A stretch of 50,912 nt of DNA from Phycisphaerales bacterium UBA3158. Lineage in GTDB: Bacteria; Planctomycetota; Phycisphaerae; Phycisphaerales; SM1A02. Position numbers and translations under genes: made by a program. The notes beneath the pieces were generated by a model. That model was not told where the DNA came from and searched no databases. It saw only the letters and a program-made list of their open reading frames with translations. This document shows, one piece after another, positions 27,171 to 37,347 of the stretch (position 1 is its first letter; each line of letters begins with the position of its first letter). The DNA lies in assembly GCA_002364555.1 (NCBI GenBank), contig DEYM01000086.1:1-50912 (forward strand), given 5' to 3'.

Positions 27171-29836
27171 CAGCTGTCCTTTGCCTCATCATGCAATGAA
27201 CGGAGCACATCGAATGCTTCCAATGGGGAGATCGTATCAAGCCGGAGTGATCTGAGCTTGGCAAGCATTGGATGATCGAGATATTCGGTAAAAAGATTCA
27301 TCTGCGGCTTGGCCGTTCGCTGGGCTGGAGCACCGGGTACTTCGCCGATGTCGTGGTGGACCTCAAGGGAATCGAGGACTTCCCTGGCTCGCTTGAGCAC
27401 GGACTCAGGAATGCCGGCCAGTCGACCGACATGGATGCCGTAGCTTTTGTCGGTGCTTCCGGATCGTATCTGATGAAGGAAGACGATCTGATCATTGAAC
27501 TCTCGCACGGCCACATGCCGATTGCCGATGTTCTCATGCCGATCGGCCAGTTCGGTGAGTTCATGGTAATGGGTGGCGAACAAGGTTCTTGTCGCACGGC
27601 GGGATAGTGATTCGGTGATGGCCCAGGCGAGAGACAGGCCATCGAGTGTGCTTGTTCCACGGCCGACTTCATCGAGGATCACAAGGCTTCGATCTGTCGC
27701 CTGATTCAGGATCACGGCTGTCTCGGTCATTTCAACCATGAAGGTGGATCGGCCCGCATGGAGTTCGTCGGAGGCCCCGATGCGTGCGAAGATCCTGTCC
27801 GCCAATCCAATGGTTGCTTCATCGGCCGGTACGAAGCAGCCGACATGGGCCAGAAGCGTTATCAAGGCGACTTGCCTGATGTAGGTGCTCTTGCCGGCCA
27901 TGTTTGGGCCGGTGATCAACAGAAGAGATCGAGTGTCGTCTCCCGGTTCGTTGAGAATGCAGTCGTTTGGAACGAAGTTGGAACCCAGGCTCGCATCGAG
28001 TACCGGATGACGACCGGTCTTGATGTGGAGTGTCCGTTCCTCGGTGATCACCGGTCTGATGAAGCGTTGGCCATGGGCAATCTCGGCAAAGCAGGTGAGG
28101 ACGTCCAGTTCCGCGATTGACTCGGCGAAACACGATAGTTCGGAGGCATGCTGGTTGATCTCATCGAGCAGGGAATCGAACAGCAGCTTCTCTCTGGCGA
28201 TCGCACGGGATTCGGCGGTGAGAACTCGTTCCTCGTATTCCTTGAGATCGGGTGTGATGTATCGTTCGGCATTCTTCAGGGTCTGCTTCCTGACGAACAT
28301 CGGGGGAACTCGATCCGTGTTCGCATGGGTGACCTCGATGTAGTAGCCGAAGACCTTGTTGAAGCCGATCTTGAGTGAGGAGATCCCGCTTTCCTCGCTC
28401 AGCCGATGCTGGTAGTCGGCGAGCCAGTCGGATCCATCGCGTTGCAGTCCTCTGCATTCATCAAGTTCGACATCGAAACCATCAAGGAAGAGTCCGCCTT
28501 CTCGAAGATGAGCCGGAGGATTGTCAACGCAGCGTTCCCTGATCCCACGCGCCATGGGGATCAGTGTGGCCGCGATTGTCTCGAGTGACCTGCCGATGGG
28601 TTCCAGCCGTTCGTGACCTTCCAGGAGTTCCATGAGCCGAGGAAGGCTTGAAACCGATCGGCCCAGCGCAACGGCATCTCTCGGTGTCAAACGCCGCATG
28701 GCGCAGCGACCGATGATGCGAGCGACATCCTGAATCGGATCGAGTGCTTCTATGAGATCCCTTCTGAGTCCCTCGTCAGCCAGCAGCGTCGATACGGCAT
28801 CCAGTCTGGCGTTGATGGCATCGATCTGCTGGAGTGGATAGCAGAGCCAGTGTCGAAGCGTGCGTCGACCCATGGGCGTCCGGCACTTCTGGAGTATCGA
28901 GAGCAGGGATCCTTCGGAGGTCCCTCCTCGGACCGTGCGTTCGATCTCCAGACTCCGCATGGTGGCGGCATCGATACGCATGATGGAATCGTCCTGCACC
29001 AGGACCGGAGGCTGGAGATGCGACAGGGCCGAACCATCCGCTGCCTGAGTATCCAGGAGAAACCTCACGAGACCGCCCGCGGCCCGTGCCGGTCCCTGGC
29101 CGGTGTCGTCCAGTGCCCAGGCCTCAAGAGTCGCGACCTGATACTGGCGACGGAGCGTGTCGGCCGCTTCTGTGGCAGCGAATGTCCAGTCGGGGCGGGG
29201 CGTACTGGTCGCCTGAAGGAACGCCTCCAGTTCGTCTGTCATCCCGCCATCGTGCTCGAGGGATTCCGGGTAGATCAACTCCGACGGACCGATTCGAACG
29301 AGTTCATCCAGAACCATGTTCGATGGCAGGCTCCGCACATGCAGCGAGCCGGTTGACAACTCGGCCCATGAGATGATCGCGTCATCGCCTTCGATCACCA
29401 GAGCGGCGGCTATGTTGGCGACACCATCGTCGAGAAGCGTGTCGTCAACGAGCGTTCCGGGAGTCAGGACTCTCGTGACCGCCCTGTCGACGACTCCCTT
29501 GGCTTCGGATGGATCCTGGATCTGTTCGCAGACCGCCACTCGATAGCCCTGCTGAATCAGTTTCCTGATGTAGGCTTCCGCGCTGTGGTACGGGATTCCG
29601 GCCATGGGAATACCAGATGAACGTTCGGTGAGCGTCAGTCCAAGAACCTTGTGGGTCAGCTTGGCATCCTCATCGAACATCTCGTAGAAATCGCCCATCC
29701 TGAAGAAGAGGACGCACCCGGGATTCTCAGCCTTGAATCGTGCATGCTGCCGCATCGCAGGCGTATCTCTGGGATTTTTTCCAGAGGAAGCGCGACGTTT
29801 CGCGGATTCATTCGAGGTGGAGGATTTGGCTGCCAT
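27170..29836 (-). CDS. mutS: DNA mismatch repair protein MutS
   Basis: N-terminal mismatch-binding TPAMRQHARFKAENPGCVLFFRMGDFYEMF. Walker A GPNMAGKSTYIRQ, Walker B LVILDEVGRGTS and THYHEL are present. 888 aa. Confidence 0.95.
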   Translation of the reverse strand: MAAKSSTSNESAKRRASSGKNPRDTPAMRQHARFKAENPGCVLFFRMGDFYEMFDEDAKLTHKVLGLTLTERSSGIPMAGIPYHSAEAYIRKLIQQGYRVAVCEQIQDPSEAKGVVDRAVTRVLTPGTLVDDTLLDDGVANIAAALVIEGDDAIISWAELSTGSLHVRSLPSNMVLDELVRIGPSELIYPESLEHDGGMTDELEAFLQATSTPRPDWTFAATEAADTLRRQYQVATLEAWALDDTGQGPARAAGGLVRFLLDTQAADGSALSHLQPPVLVQDDSIMRIDAATMRSLEIERTVRGGTSEGSLLSILQKCRTPMGRRTLRHWLCYPLQQIDAINARLDAVSTLLADEGLRRDLIEALDPIQDVARIIGRCAMRRLTPRDAVALGRSVSSLPRLMELLEGHERLEPIGRSLETIAATLIPMARGIRERCVDNPPAHLREGGLFLDGFDVELDECRGLQRDGSDWLADYQHRLSEESGISSLKIGFNKVFGYYIEVTHANTDRVPPMFVRKQTLKNAERYITPDLKEYEERVLTAESRAIAREKLLFDSLLDEINQHASELSCFAESIAELDVLTCFAEIAHGQRFIRPVITEERTLHIKTGRHPVLDASLGSNFVPNDCILNEPGDDTRSLLLITGPNMAGKSTYIRQVALITLLAHVGCFVPADEATIGLADRIFARIGASDELHAGRSTFMVEMTETAVILNQATDRSLVILDEVGRGTSTLDGLSLAWAITESLSRRATRTLFATHYHELTELADRHENIGNRHVAVREFNDQIVFLHQIRSGSTDKSYGIHVGRLAGIPESVLKRAREVLDSLEVHHDIGEVPGAPAQRTAKPQMNLFTEYLDHPMLAKLRSLRLDTISPLEAFDVLRSLHDEAKDS

Positions 29837-30118
29837 TCACGAAAGTGTAGCAGTCTGCGGACCAGTGTCAGGGGGGTGATGCCCGGCTTCGTTCAATGAG
29901 GTTGTCCAAATCAATCCAGCGGTCGTGGATGCTGCATTGAACAGCATTCATGATCAGCTACAGGCCCAGTTTCTGACACCATCTTGTGATCAAAATTGAC
30001 AATACTCCCTCGGGAGTCGTACTTTCGACGATCCGGAGAGCGAATCAGCGACGGCTCCTTCTCCAGTAAGATCCCACTGTCCGGTGTCGACCTACGAGAA
30101 AACAGATAAGGGCGTTTC

Positions 30119-31045
30119 ATGATCCTGATACTCGTCATCCAATGCTGTGTGATCGCCGGAGTGTCCTTGCTGGGTGGAATCATACCCATGCGGTTCGGGG
30201 CCTCCCATCGTCTCATGCAGCTGGCCTTGTCATTCGTGGCTGGGGTCATGTTCGGCCTGGCGATCCTGGATCTGCTTCCGGAGGCCATCCATGCACGCTC
30301 GATCGTGGAGGGCGGGGATGCGATCCGCTACGTCGCGATGTGGATCATCATCGGATTCCTCTCGATCTTTCTTCTGGAACGATTCGTCTGTTTCCATCAT
30401 CATGATATTCCGCAAAGCTCAAATGCCGATCCGGCCATCTGCTCGCAACATGGCCATGCAGTCTCCTGGATAGCGACCGGACTGGGTTTGTCGCTTCATG
30501 GACTGGCAGCCGGCGTTGCGCTGGCTGCCTCGGTGATGTACGGCAGCATCTATCAGCAGGCCATCCCGGGATTGGCGCTTGTTCTGGCGATCATTCTGCA
30601 CAAGCCATTCGATTCACTGAGCCTCATCGCCGTCATGACCGCGGCCGGTCGATCCGTTCGAGCCCGTGTCATCGTCAATATCCTCTTCGCTCTCATCACC
30701 CCTCTGGGGGTGCTGATCGGTGTGATGATGGGGATCGGACCCGGTGAATTCGCTCCGGTGTGGATGACGCCCGCGCTGGGCTTCGCGGTGGGCATGTTCC
30801 TCTGCGTCGCACTCTGTGATCTTCTGCCTGAACTGCAGTTTCACCGCCATGATCGAGTTCTCCTGAGCTGTGCACTCGTCCTGGGCCTCGCCGTGGCCTG
30901 GGTCGCCACCCAGTTCCATGACCACAGCCATGGTCATGACCACACCCCGGATGCTGCCCACATCCACGAGCATGATGCCCACGAAGATGATCACGATCAC
31001 CATGATCATGATCATGAGAATCATGACGATCACGCCCATCATTAA
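30119..31045 (+). CDS. ZIP-family divalent metal (zinc) transporter with His/Asp-rich C-terminal tail
   Basis: Multi-TM protein with ZIP-type helices (LAILDLLPEA, ILHKPFDSLSL, LCVALCDLLPEL). The last 42 aa contain 18 His (HDHSHGHDH...HDHHDHDHENHDDHAHH). Confidence 0.8.
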   Translation: MILILVIQCCVIAGVSLLGGIIPMRFGASHRLMQLALSFVAGVMFGLAILDLLPEAIHARSIVEGGDAIRYVAMWIIIGFLSIFLLERFVCFHHHDIPQSSNADPAICSQHGHAVSWIATGLGLSLHGLAAGVALAASVMYGSIYQQAIPGLALVLAIILHKPFDSLSLIAVMTAAGRSVRARVIVNILFALITPLGVLIGVMMGIGPGEFAPVWMTPALGFAVGMFLCVALCDLLPELQFHRHDRVLLSCALVLGLAVAWVATQFHDHSHGHDHTPDAAHIHEHDAHEDDHDHHDHDHENHDDHAHH

Positions 31046-31150
31046 TCTGTCAGGTGGATCGCCAATGAGCTACCATGGGGCGTCTTTCCATCTGGTACTG
31101 CAGTAGTTGCTGCATATCCAATGGAACCAGCTAGCGGGCGGATTCTGATC

Positions 31151-33979
31151 ATGTCGGATACGAAGACCAACTGGAAGAAGACCCTCAACCTCCCTCGCAC
31201 ATCGTTCCCGATGCGGGCCAATCTGGCTCAGAACGAGTCGGCGACGGTCAAGCGATGGTTGAAGGAATCACTGTACGAGCGGGTTACCGAGGCGCGTTCA
31301 GGTGGCGAGCCGTTCGTGTACCACGATGGTCCACCCTACGCGAATGGTTCGATCCATGTCGGTCACCTGTTGAACAAGGTCCTGAAGGACATCGTCTTCC
31401 GGTCTCGGCTGCTGGCCGGTCGAGAATGTCGATTCGTTCCGGGTTGGGATTGCCATGGTCTGCCGATCGAGCACAAGGTCATGACGGAACTGGCCCAGTC
31501 CGGAAAACTCGACAAGATCAATTCGCTGGATGAAGCGTCCCGTCGAATGGCGATTCGCCGGGAATGCCGCAAGGATGCCGAGAAGTACATCAAGCTCCAG
31601 CGTGGGCAGATGCAACGTCTGTTGACGCTCGCGGACTACGACAACCCCTATCTCACGATGAACCCGGCGTATGAGCAGAGGGTCGTCGAGACCTTCGCCG
31701 ATCTCGTCTCCCAGAACATCGTCTTCCGTCAGCTGAAACCTGTCCACTGGTCAATCGCCAATGAGACGGCTCTGGCGGAAGCGGAGCTCGAGTACGAGGA
31801 TCGAATCGATCCTTCTGTCTACGTGGACTTCGAGGCCGCAGACGCATCGGCGGTCGCCGCCGCGTTCGACACCGAGCTGGATCAGACGCCTTCATTCATG
31901 ATCTGGACAACGACCCCATGGACGCTGCCCGCCAATCTGGCGATCGCGGTTCATGATCGGCTTCTCTACGCCCTGGTTCGACTCGATGGTGCCTTGACGA
32001 TCGTCGCCGATGAACTGGTCGAGAGAGTGGCCAAGATCGGTGGTGTGGAGAACATCGAACGTCTGGCCACATGCCGTGGTGATCAACTCGCGGGTCTCTC
32101 CTACAAGCATCCTTTCATCGATCAGAAAAGTCCTGTGGTTTCAGCCGAATACGTGACACTCGAAGATGGGACCGGGCTGGTCCATACCGCGCCTGGGCAT
32201 GGTGTCGAGGACTATGGGACAGGTCTCCGTGAAGGGCTCGACATCTACTGTCCCGTCCAGGGGGATGGCACCTACGACGAGACCGTTCCTCAATGGCTGC
32301 ATGGTCTTTCCGTGTGGGAGGCGAATCCCAAGGTCGTTGAACACCTGAGATCATCAGGTCATCTGTTCACATCCATCGATATCGATCACTCCTATCCACA
32401 TGACGGACGATCAAAGACCCCGGTCATCTTCCGAGCAACGGAGCAGTGGTTCATCGGTGTCGATCGTCCCATGCGAAAGGGCGGGGAATCACTGAGAGCA
32501 ATGGCCATGTCCGCCACTGAATCCTCGGTCAAGTTCGTCCCCGAATGGGGACGCAACCGGATGCGCGGCATGCTGGAGTCCCGCCCCGACTGGTGCATAT
32601 CCCGTCAGAGGGCCTGGGGACTTCCCATACCGGCCTTCGCGATGCCCGGGGGAGAGGTGCTCATGACATCGGCCAGTGTCCGGGCGGTAGCCGGTGCATT
32701 TGGACAGCGTGGCAGTGATGCCTGGTTCACCGAGACACCGGCGATGCTGCTGGCCGACTACGATCCGGGATCGGATCCGGATGCCCCGGATGGCCTGGAC
32801 ATCGAGTCGCTGGAGAAGATGCATGACATCTTCGATGTCTGGTTCGAATCCGGGAGTTCATGGAATGCGGTCATGTCCGCTCGGGAACAGGGGTATCCGA
32901 TCGATCTCTACTCCGAGGGATCAGATCAACATCGTGGCTGGTTCCAGCTCTCCCTGCTGCCGGCGCTCGGGGTGACGGGTGAACCACCATTCCGCTGTCT
33001 TCTGACGCATGGCTTCATGGTCGATCGTAACGGTCGCAAGATGAGCAAGTCCGGTGGCAATGCGTTGAACGTGGATGACCTTCTCAAGGATGTCGGGGCC
33101 GATGTCTGTCGATGGTGGGTCAGCAGCCTGGCCTTCGAGAACGACATCCGGGTGGATCTCGAACTCTTCAAGCTCGCCGGCGAGTCCTATCGCAAGATTC
33201 GAAACACGATTCGTTTCCTTCTGAGCAATCTGGACGATCTCGAGAAGCCGGTCGATCTCGATCAGATCTGCTCGAGTCTCGCCCCCGATTCGCTCGATGC
33301 CTGGGTCCTCTCGCAGGGCAGTCGACTTCAGACGGATGTCATGGAGGCGTACGAGAACTACGAGTTCCGTCGAGCCCATCTGGCCATCTTCGACTTCTGC
33401 AATGAAACACTCTCTGCCATCTATTGTGTCGCGGTCAAGGATCGTCTCTACTGCGACCAGCCCGACAGCGAACGTCGACGCCAGAGTCAGGCCACCCTGT
33501 TCCTGCTGGCGGAACTGCTTTGTCGATTGACATCGCCCATCCTGTCGCACACGGCGGACGAGGCATGGAGATCGCTTCACGGTGACGAGGCCTGCGTCCA
33601 TATGGAGATCCTCCGGCCCATCACCATCGAAGTCGACTCCCGATGGCCCAAGGTGCTGGAGGCTCGTGATCGGATTCTCAAGGCTCTTGAAGTAGCCAAG
33701 GGTCCTGATCAGGGCGGCATCGAGAAATCGCTCGATGCGGGTGTGGTCCTGCCTGATCCGGATGGAGATCTTCATCCATTCAGAGAGGATCTGGAGTCCA
33801 TGTGCGAACTCTCCAGGCTCAGATGTGATGCTCAGGCGGAGATGATCGTCATCGAGGATCTTCGCTCCGAGCCCTGCTGCGAGCGTTCATGGCGACGAGA
33901 CGAAACCGTCTCCAAGCGATCCAACGGTTCTCTCCTCAGCGATCGAGACTGGGAAGCTGTCCAGGCGGCTGCCCAGTAG
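31151..33979 (+). CDS. ileS: Isoleucine--tRNA ligase
   Basis: HIGH motif PPYANGSIHVGH, KMSKS motif RKMSKSGGN, and the CP1 editing region. I placed the start at ATG 31151 (MSDTKTNWKKTLNLPRTSFPMRANL), which is the canonical IleRS N-terminus. Confidence 0.95.
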   Translation: MSDTKTNWKKTLNLPRTSFPMRANLAQNESATVKRWLKESLYERVTEARSGGEPFVYHDGPPYANGSIHVGHLLNKVLKDIVFRSRLLAGRECRFVPGWDCHGLPIEHKVMTELAQSGKLDKINSLDEASRRMAIRRECRKDAEKYIKLQRGQMQRLLTLADYDNPYLTMNPAYEQRVVETFADLVSQNIVFRQLKPVHWSIANETALAEAELEYEDRIDPSVYVDFEAADASAVAAAFDTELDQTPSFMIWTTTPWTLPANLAIAVHDRLLYALVRLDGALTIVADELVERVAKIGGVENIERLATCRGDQLAGLSYKHPFIDQKSPVVSAEYVTLEDGTGLVHTAPGHGVEDYGTGLREGLDIYCPVQGDGTYDETVPQWLHGLSVWEANPKVVEHLRSSGHLFTSIDIDHSYPHDGRSKTPVIFRATEQWFIGVDRPMRKGGESLRAMAMSATESSVKFVPEWGRNRMRGMLESRPDWCISRQRAWGLPIPAFAMPGGEVLMTSASVRAVAGAFGQRGSDAWFTETPAMLLADYDPGSDPDAPDGLDIESLEKMHDIFDVWFESGSSWNAVMSAREQGYPIDLYSEGSDQHRGWFQLSLLPALGVTGEPPFRCLLTHGFMVDRNGRKMSKSGGNALNVDDLLKDVGADVCRWWVSSLAFENDIRVDLELFKLAGESYRKIRNTIRFLLSNLDDLEKPVDLDQICSSLAPDSLDAWVLSQGSRLQTDVMEAYENYEFRRAHLAIFDFCNETLSAIYCVAVKDRLYCDQPDSERRRQSQATLFLLAELLCRLTSPILSHTADEAWRSLHGDEACVHMEILRPITIEVDSRWPKVLEARDRILKALEVAKGPDQGGIEKSLDAGVVLPDPDGDLHPFREDLESMCELSRLRCDAQAEMIVIEDLRSEPCCERSWRRDETVSKRSNGSLLSDRDWEAVQAAAQ

Positions 33980-34206
33980 CGTCCGGGCACCACGTCCATG
34001 TCATCTGAACCGCGTGTCGTGAGGCATGGTGGCTGCCGTGCGTCGGTGGACATCCATCAGGCAGGAATCCGTTACCGACCATTCCATGCTGGAACGGAAG
34101 GGGATCCCGGATCATCGTTGAATGGCGGCTTGTCTGGGTATTCGACTGACGTGACGGGTTCCCGTCTTTCGACAAGATACATCCGGTATCGAGTGCAAGC
34201 GGTGAT

Positions 34207-34566
34207 TCAGCTGACTCGACTACCTGGTTCGCTTGGCTGATCGACTCGGAGAACACTGACTGTTTCTCCACTCGTGCAGGCCAGGATCATGCCTTCGCTC
34301 TTCTCGCCACGGATGACCCTTGGTTCGAGATTGGCGACGATCACGACCTGTGTGCCGACGAGACTTTCCGGATCGTAGTGGGCCTTGATGCCCGCACACA
34401 CCTGGCGGCCTTCCGGTGTGCCGTCATCCAACTGGATCTTGAGCAGCCGGTCGGCATCGGGATGCAGCTCGGCTGCCTTGATCGTTGCGACCCGGAGATC
34501 CACCTGAGTGAAGACATCGAAGGGGATAGTGGCCTGCATCTCTGGTTTGGAGGCGGTGTCGCTCAT
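34207..34566 (-). CDS. tRNA-binding (OB-fold) domain protein, CsaA/EMAP-II-like
   Basis: VDLRVATIKAAELHPDADRLLKIQLDDG...QVCAGIKAHYDPESLVGTQVVIVANLEPRVIRGEKSEGMILA matches the tRNA_bind domain pattern. Confidence 0.8.
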   Translation of the reverse strand: MSDTASKPEMQATIPFDVFTQVDLRVATIKAAELHPDADRLLKIQLDDGTPEGRQVCAGIKAHYDPESLVGTQVVIVANLEPRVIRGEKSEGMILACTSGETVSVLRVDQPSEPGSRVS

Positions 34567-34595
34567 TGGTCTGTTTCCTGTTCGGATTCTATATG

Positions 34596-36494
34596 TCAGT
34601 TGGTCAGGCTTGCGGATGCATCAGCGGCATCAACCGTGCCATTGGTATTGCCGGTTTCCTCATCATTGCCGGCGAAGTTGAATCCATGTCTTGCCTGAAG
34701 GGCATCGATGGTGAAGGCCTCACGCATCGATGCGGTGTCTCCGCCCATCTCCTCATTCATCAGCAGCATCGGAATCACCTGCTGGACGGCCAGCTGCTGG
34801 AAGGAATCGCTGTCGAGTGGTCGTCGGTCGATGAGTCGGACGGCGACGATGGCGAGATTCTTGTCGGAAGGCATGACCATGATCCGTTCCGATTCAGGCA
34901 GATCGGCGATGACGACATCGTTGTCCAGATCGGAGGCTTTGGTCAGGATGGCATCGATCACTTCAGGATCCTGCTGTGAAAGACCGGGGAGGATGGCGGG
35001 ATTCGGGCGAGGCATGCTGCCCTGCTGGAGGTAGAAGGCCACCGTTCCGGGCTGATACTTCTGGAAGCTCTTGCTGTTCGGAGAATCGGCATTCCATCCG
35101 GTGTCCGCCAGGCTTTCAAGGCCATCCGTCTCGGAGATGCGTTCGATCTCGTCGATCTCCTCGAGCATGGATTCGTAGTTGGCCAGTCGCTGCAGGTCCT
35201 CGACGACCTTTGCCTGAACCTCGTCGAGATCACGAGGTGCTCGTGCGCCGTCGGCTTCCATGATTCTGAACACGTACAGGTTGCCGTTGGCATCCTGAAG
35301 GATCGGACCAGCCACACCGGATTGCACGGGATAGAGTCCGGTGCCGTCGAACTCACGGCATTCCGATGCCAGTTGCTCGATGCCCACGGGGAGACGGCTG
35401 AACTTGTCCGTTCGAGCTCGTCCGATACCGTCGAGAGTACTGATCTCATTGGCGTTGATCATCTCATCGCCGCTGTTGGACGGTGACTCGATCACAAGCC
35501 CGTAGGTATCTCCCAGATGGGTCTTGATGTCCTCGAAGCTCGTCTTTCGATCATTCCAGTCATCGGGCAGGACGAGATAGCCGCCGCTTTCATCGAATCC
35601 TCGTCGTGGAAGTCGAAGACGGTCGTTGATGGACCGGTTCAATTCGGCGACGTGGGCTTCACGCAGATCGTTGAGCATGGCGGTTTGGACGGTGTCCGGT
35701 ATCTCGTCCGAATCCTCGAATCCAGGGAATCGGGATTCGTTGCGACGCCAGTATTTCATGAGCTCCCGCTCGCTCATCGCATCGGAGTTGCGAAGGGAGT
35801 CGTCGATTGAATCGGATGGGATGGTGAGCCATTCGAGGCTGAGTCGATTCGGAAGTCGATATCCGAACCCATGTTCGCCCTCACCTGGTTCGACATCCCC
35901 GTAGGTGTCGAAGTGTGATTGGATGGCTGCCGCATCGGGAGTGTAGTCGTTGTCCGGAACGGCCTTCAGTGAAACAACCTGGGCATCCGCGGCATCGAAG
36001 AGCTTGCGACCTTCACCCTTGAGTCGTCGATCGGAGTGCCGACCTGCACTGACGAAGTGGCTGAGGTATCGATAGATACCCGCACGGTTGGTCAAGGCCT
36101 GTCGAATCGTGGCAGGTGGAAAGCCAGTGTTGCGACTCAGTTGAAGAAGTTCCTGGTCACCGAGCCCGGCGGAGATGATGCCGCCGATCATCCCAGCTTC
36201 GCTGGCTTCGTGAGCCAGCAGATAGTACTGCTCGGGATTCTTCAGCTCGCCGACGAGTGGAAGTGGGGGGAACTGGGCTTGGACCTTGTCCAGAAACTGG
36301 AGTTCATTCCTGACTTCGTCCCAATCCCTGGCACTGATCGGCTTGTCATCCTGGCCCATTGTGGCGACCAGAGTGCTCCGGGCTCCGAACTGGGAGACCA
36401 GATCTGGGATCTGAGGCATGAGGAACACGACCATGAGGCCTGTTCCGAACACCGCCAGAAGCAGCTTGCTGTACTTGCGAAGAAGCCTGTTCAT
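34596..36494 (-). CDS. PpiD/SurA-N-like periplasmic chaperone (parvulin signature not evident)
   Basis: The N-terminus MNRLLRKYSKLLLAVFGTGLMVVFLMP (single TM anchor) is followed by a long periplasmic helical region, as in PpiD. I could not see a clear PPIase motif. Confidence 0.55.
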   Translation of the reverse strand: MNRLLRKYSKLLLAVFGTGLMVVFLMPQIPDLVSQFGARSTLVATMGQDDKPISARDWDEVRNELQFLDKVQAQFPPLPLVGELKNPEQYYLLAHEASEAGMIGGIISAGLGDQELLQLSRNTGFPPATIRQALTNRAGIYRYLSHFVSAGRHSDRRLKGEGRKLFDAADAQVVSLKAVPDNDYTPDAAAIQSHFDTYGDVEPGEGEHGFGYRLPNRLSLEWLTIPSDSIDDSLRNSDAMSERELMKYWRRNESRFPGFEDSDEIPDTVQTAMLNDLREAHVAELNRSINDRLRLPRRGFDESGGYLVLPDDWNDRKTSFEDIKTHLGDTYGLVIESPSNSGDEMINANEISTLDGIGRARTDKFSRLPVGIEQLASECREFDGTGLYPVQSGVAGPILQDANGNLYVFRIMEADGARAPRDLDEVQAKVVEDLQRLANYESMLEEIDEIERISETDGLESLADTGWNADSPNSKSFQKYQPGTVAFYLQQGSMPRPNPAILPGLSQQDPEVIDAILTKASDLDNDVVIADLPESERIMVMPSDKNLAIVAVRLIDRRPLDSDSFQQLAVQQVIPMLLMNEEMGGDTASMREAFTIDALQARHGFNFAGNDEETGNTNGTVDAADASASLTN

Positions 36495-36560
36495 CTTGTA
36501 ACCACCGTGCCCGTGGGCCGTTCGCAGGTTTTCACGGGGCCACAGGCCACCCCAGTTGGA

Positions 36561-37160
36561 TCATCGATAGAATTCGACGATCAGGTTGGTATTCACTTCG
36601 AAAGGAATCTGATCAGCTGTCGGCGGAGCGATGACCTTGGCGGTCAGCTCTGCAGGAGAAAGATCGATCCAGTCGGCAACGATGTGGCCGGCCAGCGATT
36701 CCATGTTCTCTCGAACAACCTTGTGGATGCCTTCCTTGAGGGTGATGACATCGCCTGGGTTGATCGCGATGGACGGCCTGTCGGCCTTCTTCCCGTTGAG
36801 AAGAATGTGTCCATGAGTGACCATCTGTCTTGCAGCCCAGATCGTTCGAACGAATCCAGCGCGCCGAACGACATTGTCGAGTCTGGACTCAAGCAGCTGG
36901 AGAAGTACTTCGCCAGTGTTGCCCTTGCGTCGACTTGCTTCGTTCACGTACCGACGGAACTGCTTTTCAAGCACGTTGTAGTGGTACCGGAGCTTCTGCT
37001 TCTCGGTGAGACGAATGCCGTAGTCCTTGGGTCTGCGACCACGGTATCCATGCATGCCGGGCGCATTGAGCTGACGACGAGCGGTGTGCTTGGGGATGTC
37101 CGCGATTGGGACACCGACCCTGCGAGAAAGCTTGAGTTTCGGACCGAGATAACGCGCCAT
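36561..37160 (-). CDS. rpsD: 30S ribosomal protein S4
   Basis: MARYLGPKLKLSRRVGVPI... and the S4 domain LESRLDNVVRRAGFVRTIWAARQMVTHGHILLNGKKADRPS. I placed the start at ATG 37160, the canonical N-terminus, rather than at the longest ORF (37220). Confidence 0.95.
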   Translation of the reverse strand: MARYLGPKLKLSRRVGVPIADIPKHTARRQLNAPGMHGYRGRRPKDYGIRLTEKQKLRYHYNVLEKQFRRYVNEASRRKGNTGEVLLQLLESRLDNVVRRAGFVRTIWAARQMVTHGHILLNGKKADRPSIAINPGDVITLKEGIHKVVRENMESLAGHIVADWIDLSPAELTAKVIAPPTADQIPFEVNTNLIVEFYR

Positions 37161-37347
37161 TCGGCGACTCCTGAAAAACGGTTGCAGTGGCCTCCAATGG
37201 GCCAAAAACAACACCACCACGGACCTCCGGGATCCAGAGTGGCAAGCCGAATAGTGGACCAGAAACCGAGCTCCCGGTCAAGGCTTTGATGGCAATGACA
37301 CGGCATGAATCCGTGGATTCCTGAGGGGCATGAGCATTATCGGCGGC

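Noticed and set aside
30614-31042. Minus-strand ORF encoding MMGVIVMILMIMIMVIVIIFVGIML..., which looks like a hydrophobic peptide.
   Set aside because: It is the reverse complement of the CAT/GAT-rich His/Asp tail and TM helices of the ZIP transporter, so it is an artefact of that low-complexity sequence.
34153-34169. Hairpin GACGGG-tt-CCCGTC followed by TTTCG in the 227-nt convergent gap between ileS and the CsaA-like gene. It could be an ileS terminator.
   Set aside because: The stem is only 5-6 bp, the loop is minimal and the U-tract is only 3 nt. It also lies about 175 nt past the stop. That is too weak to call a terminator.
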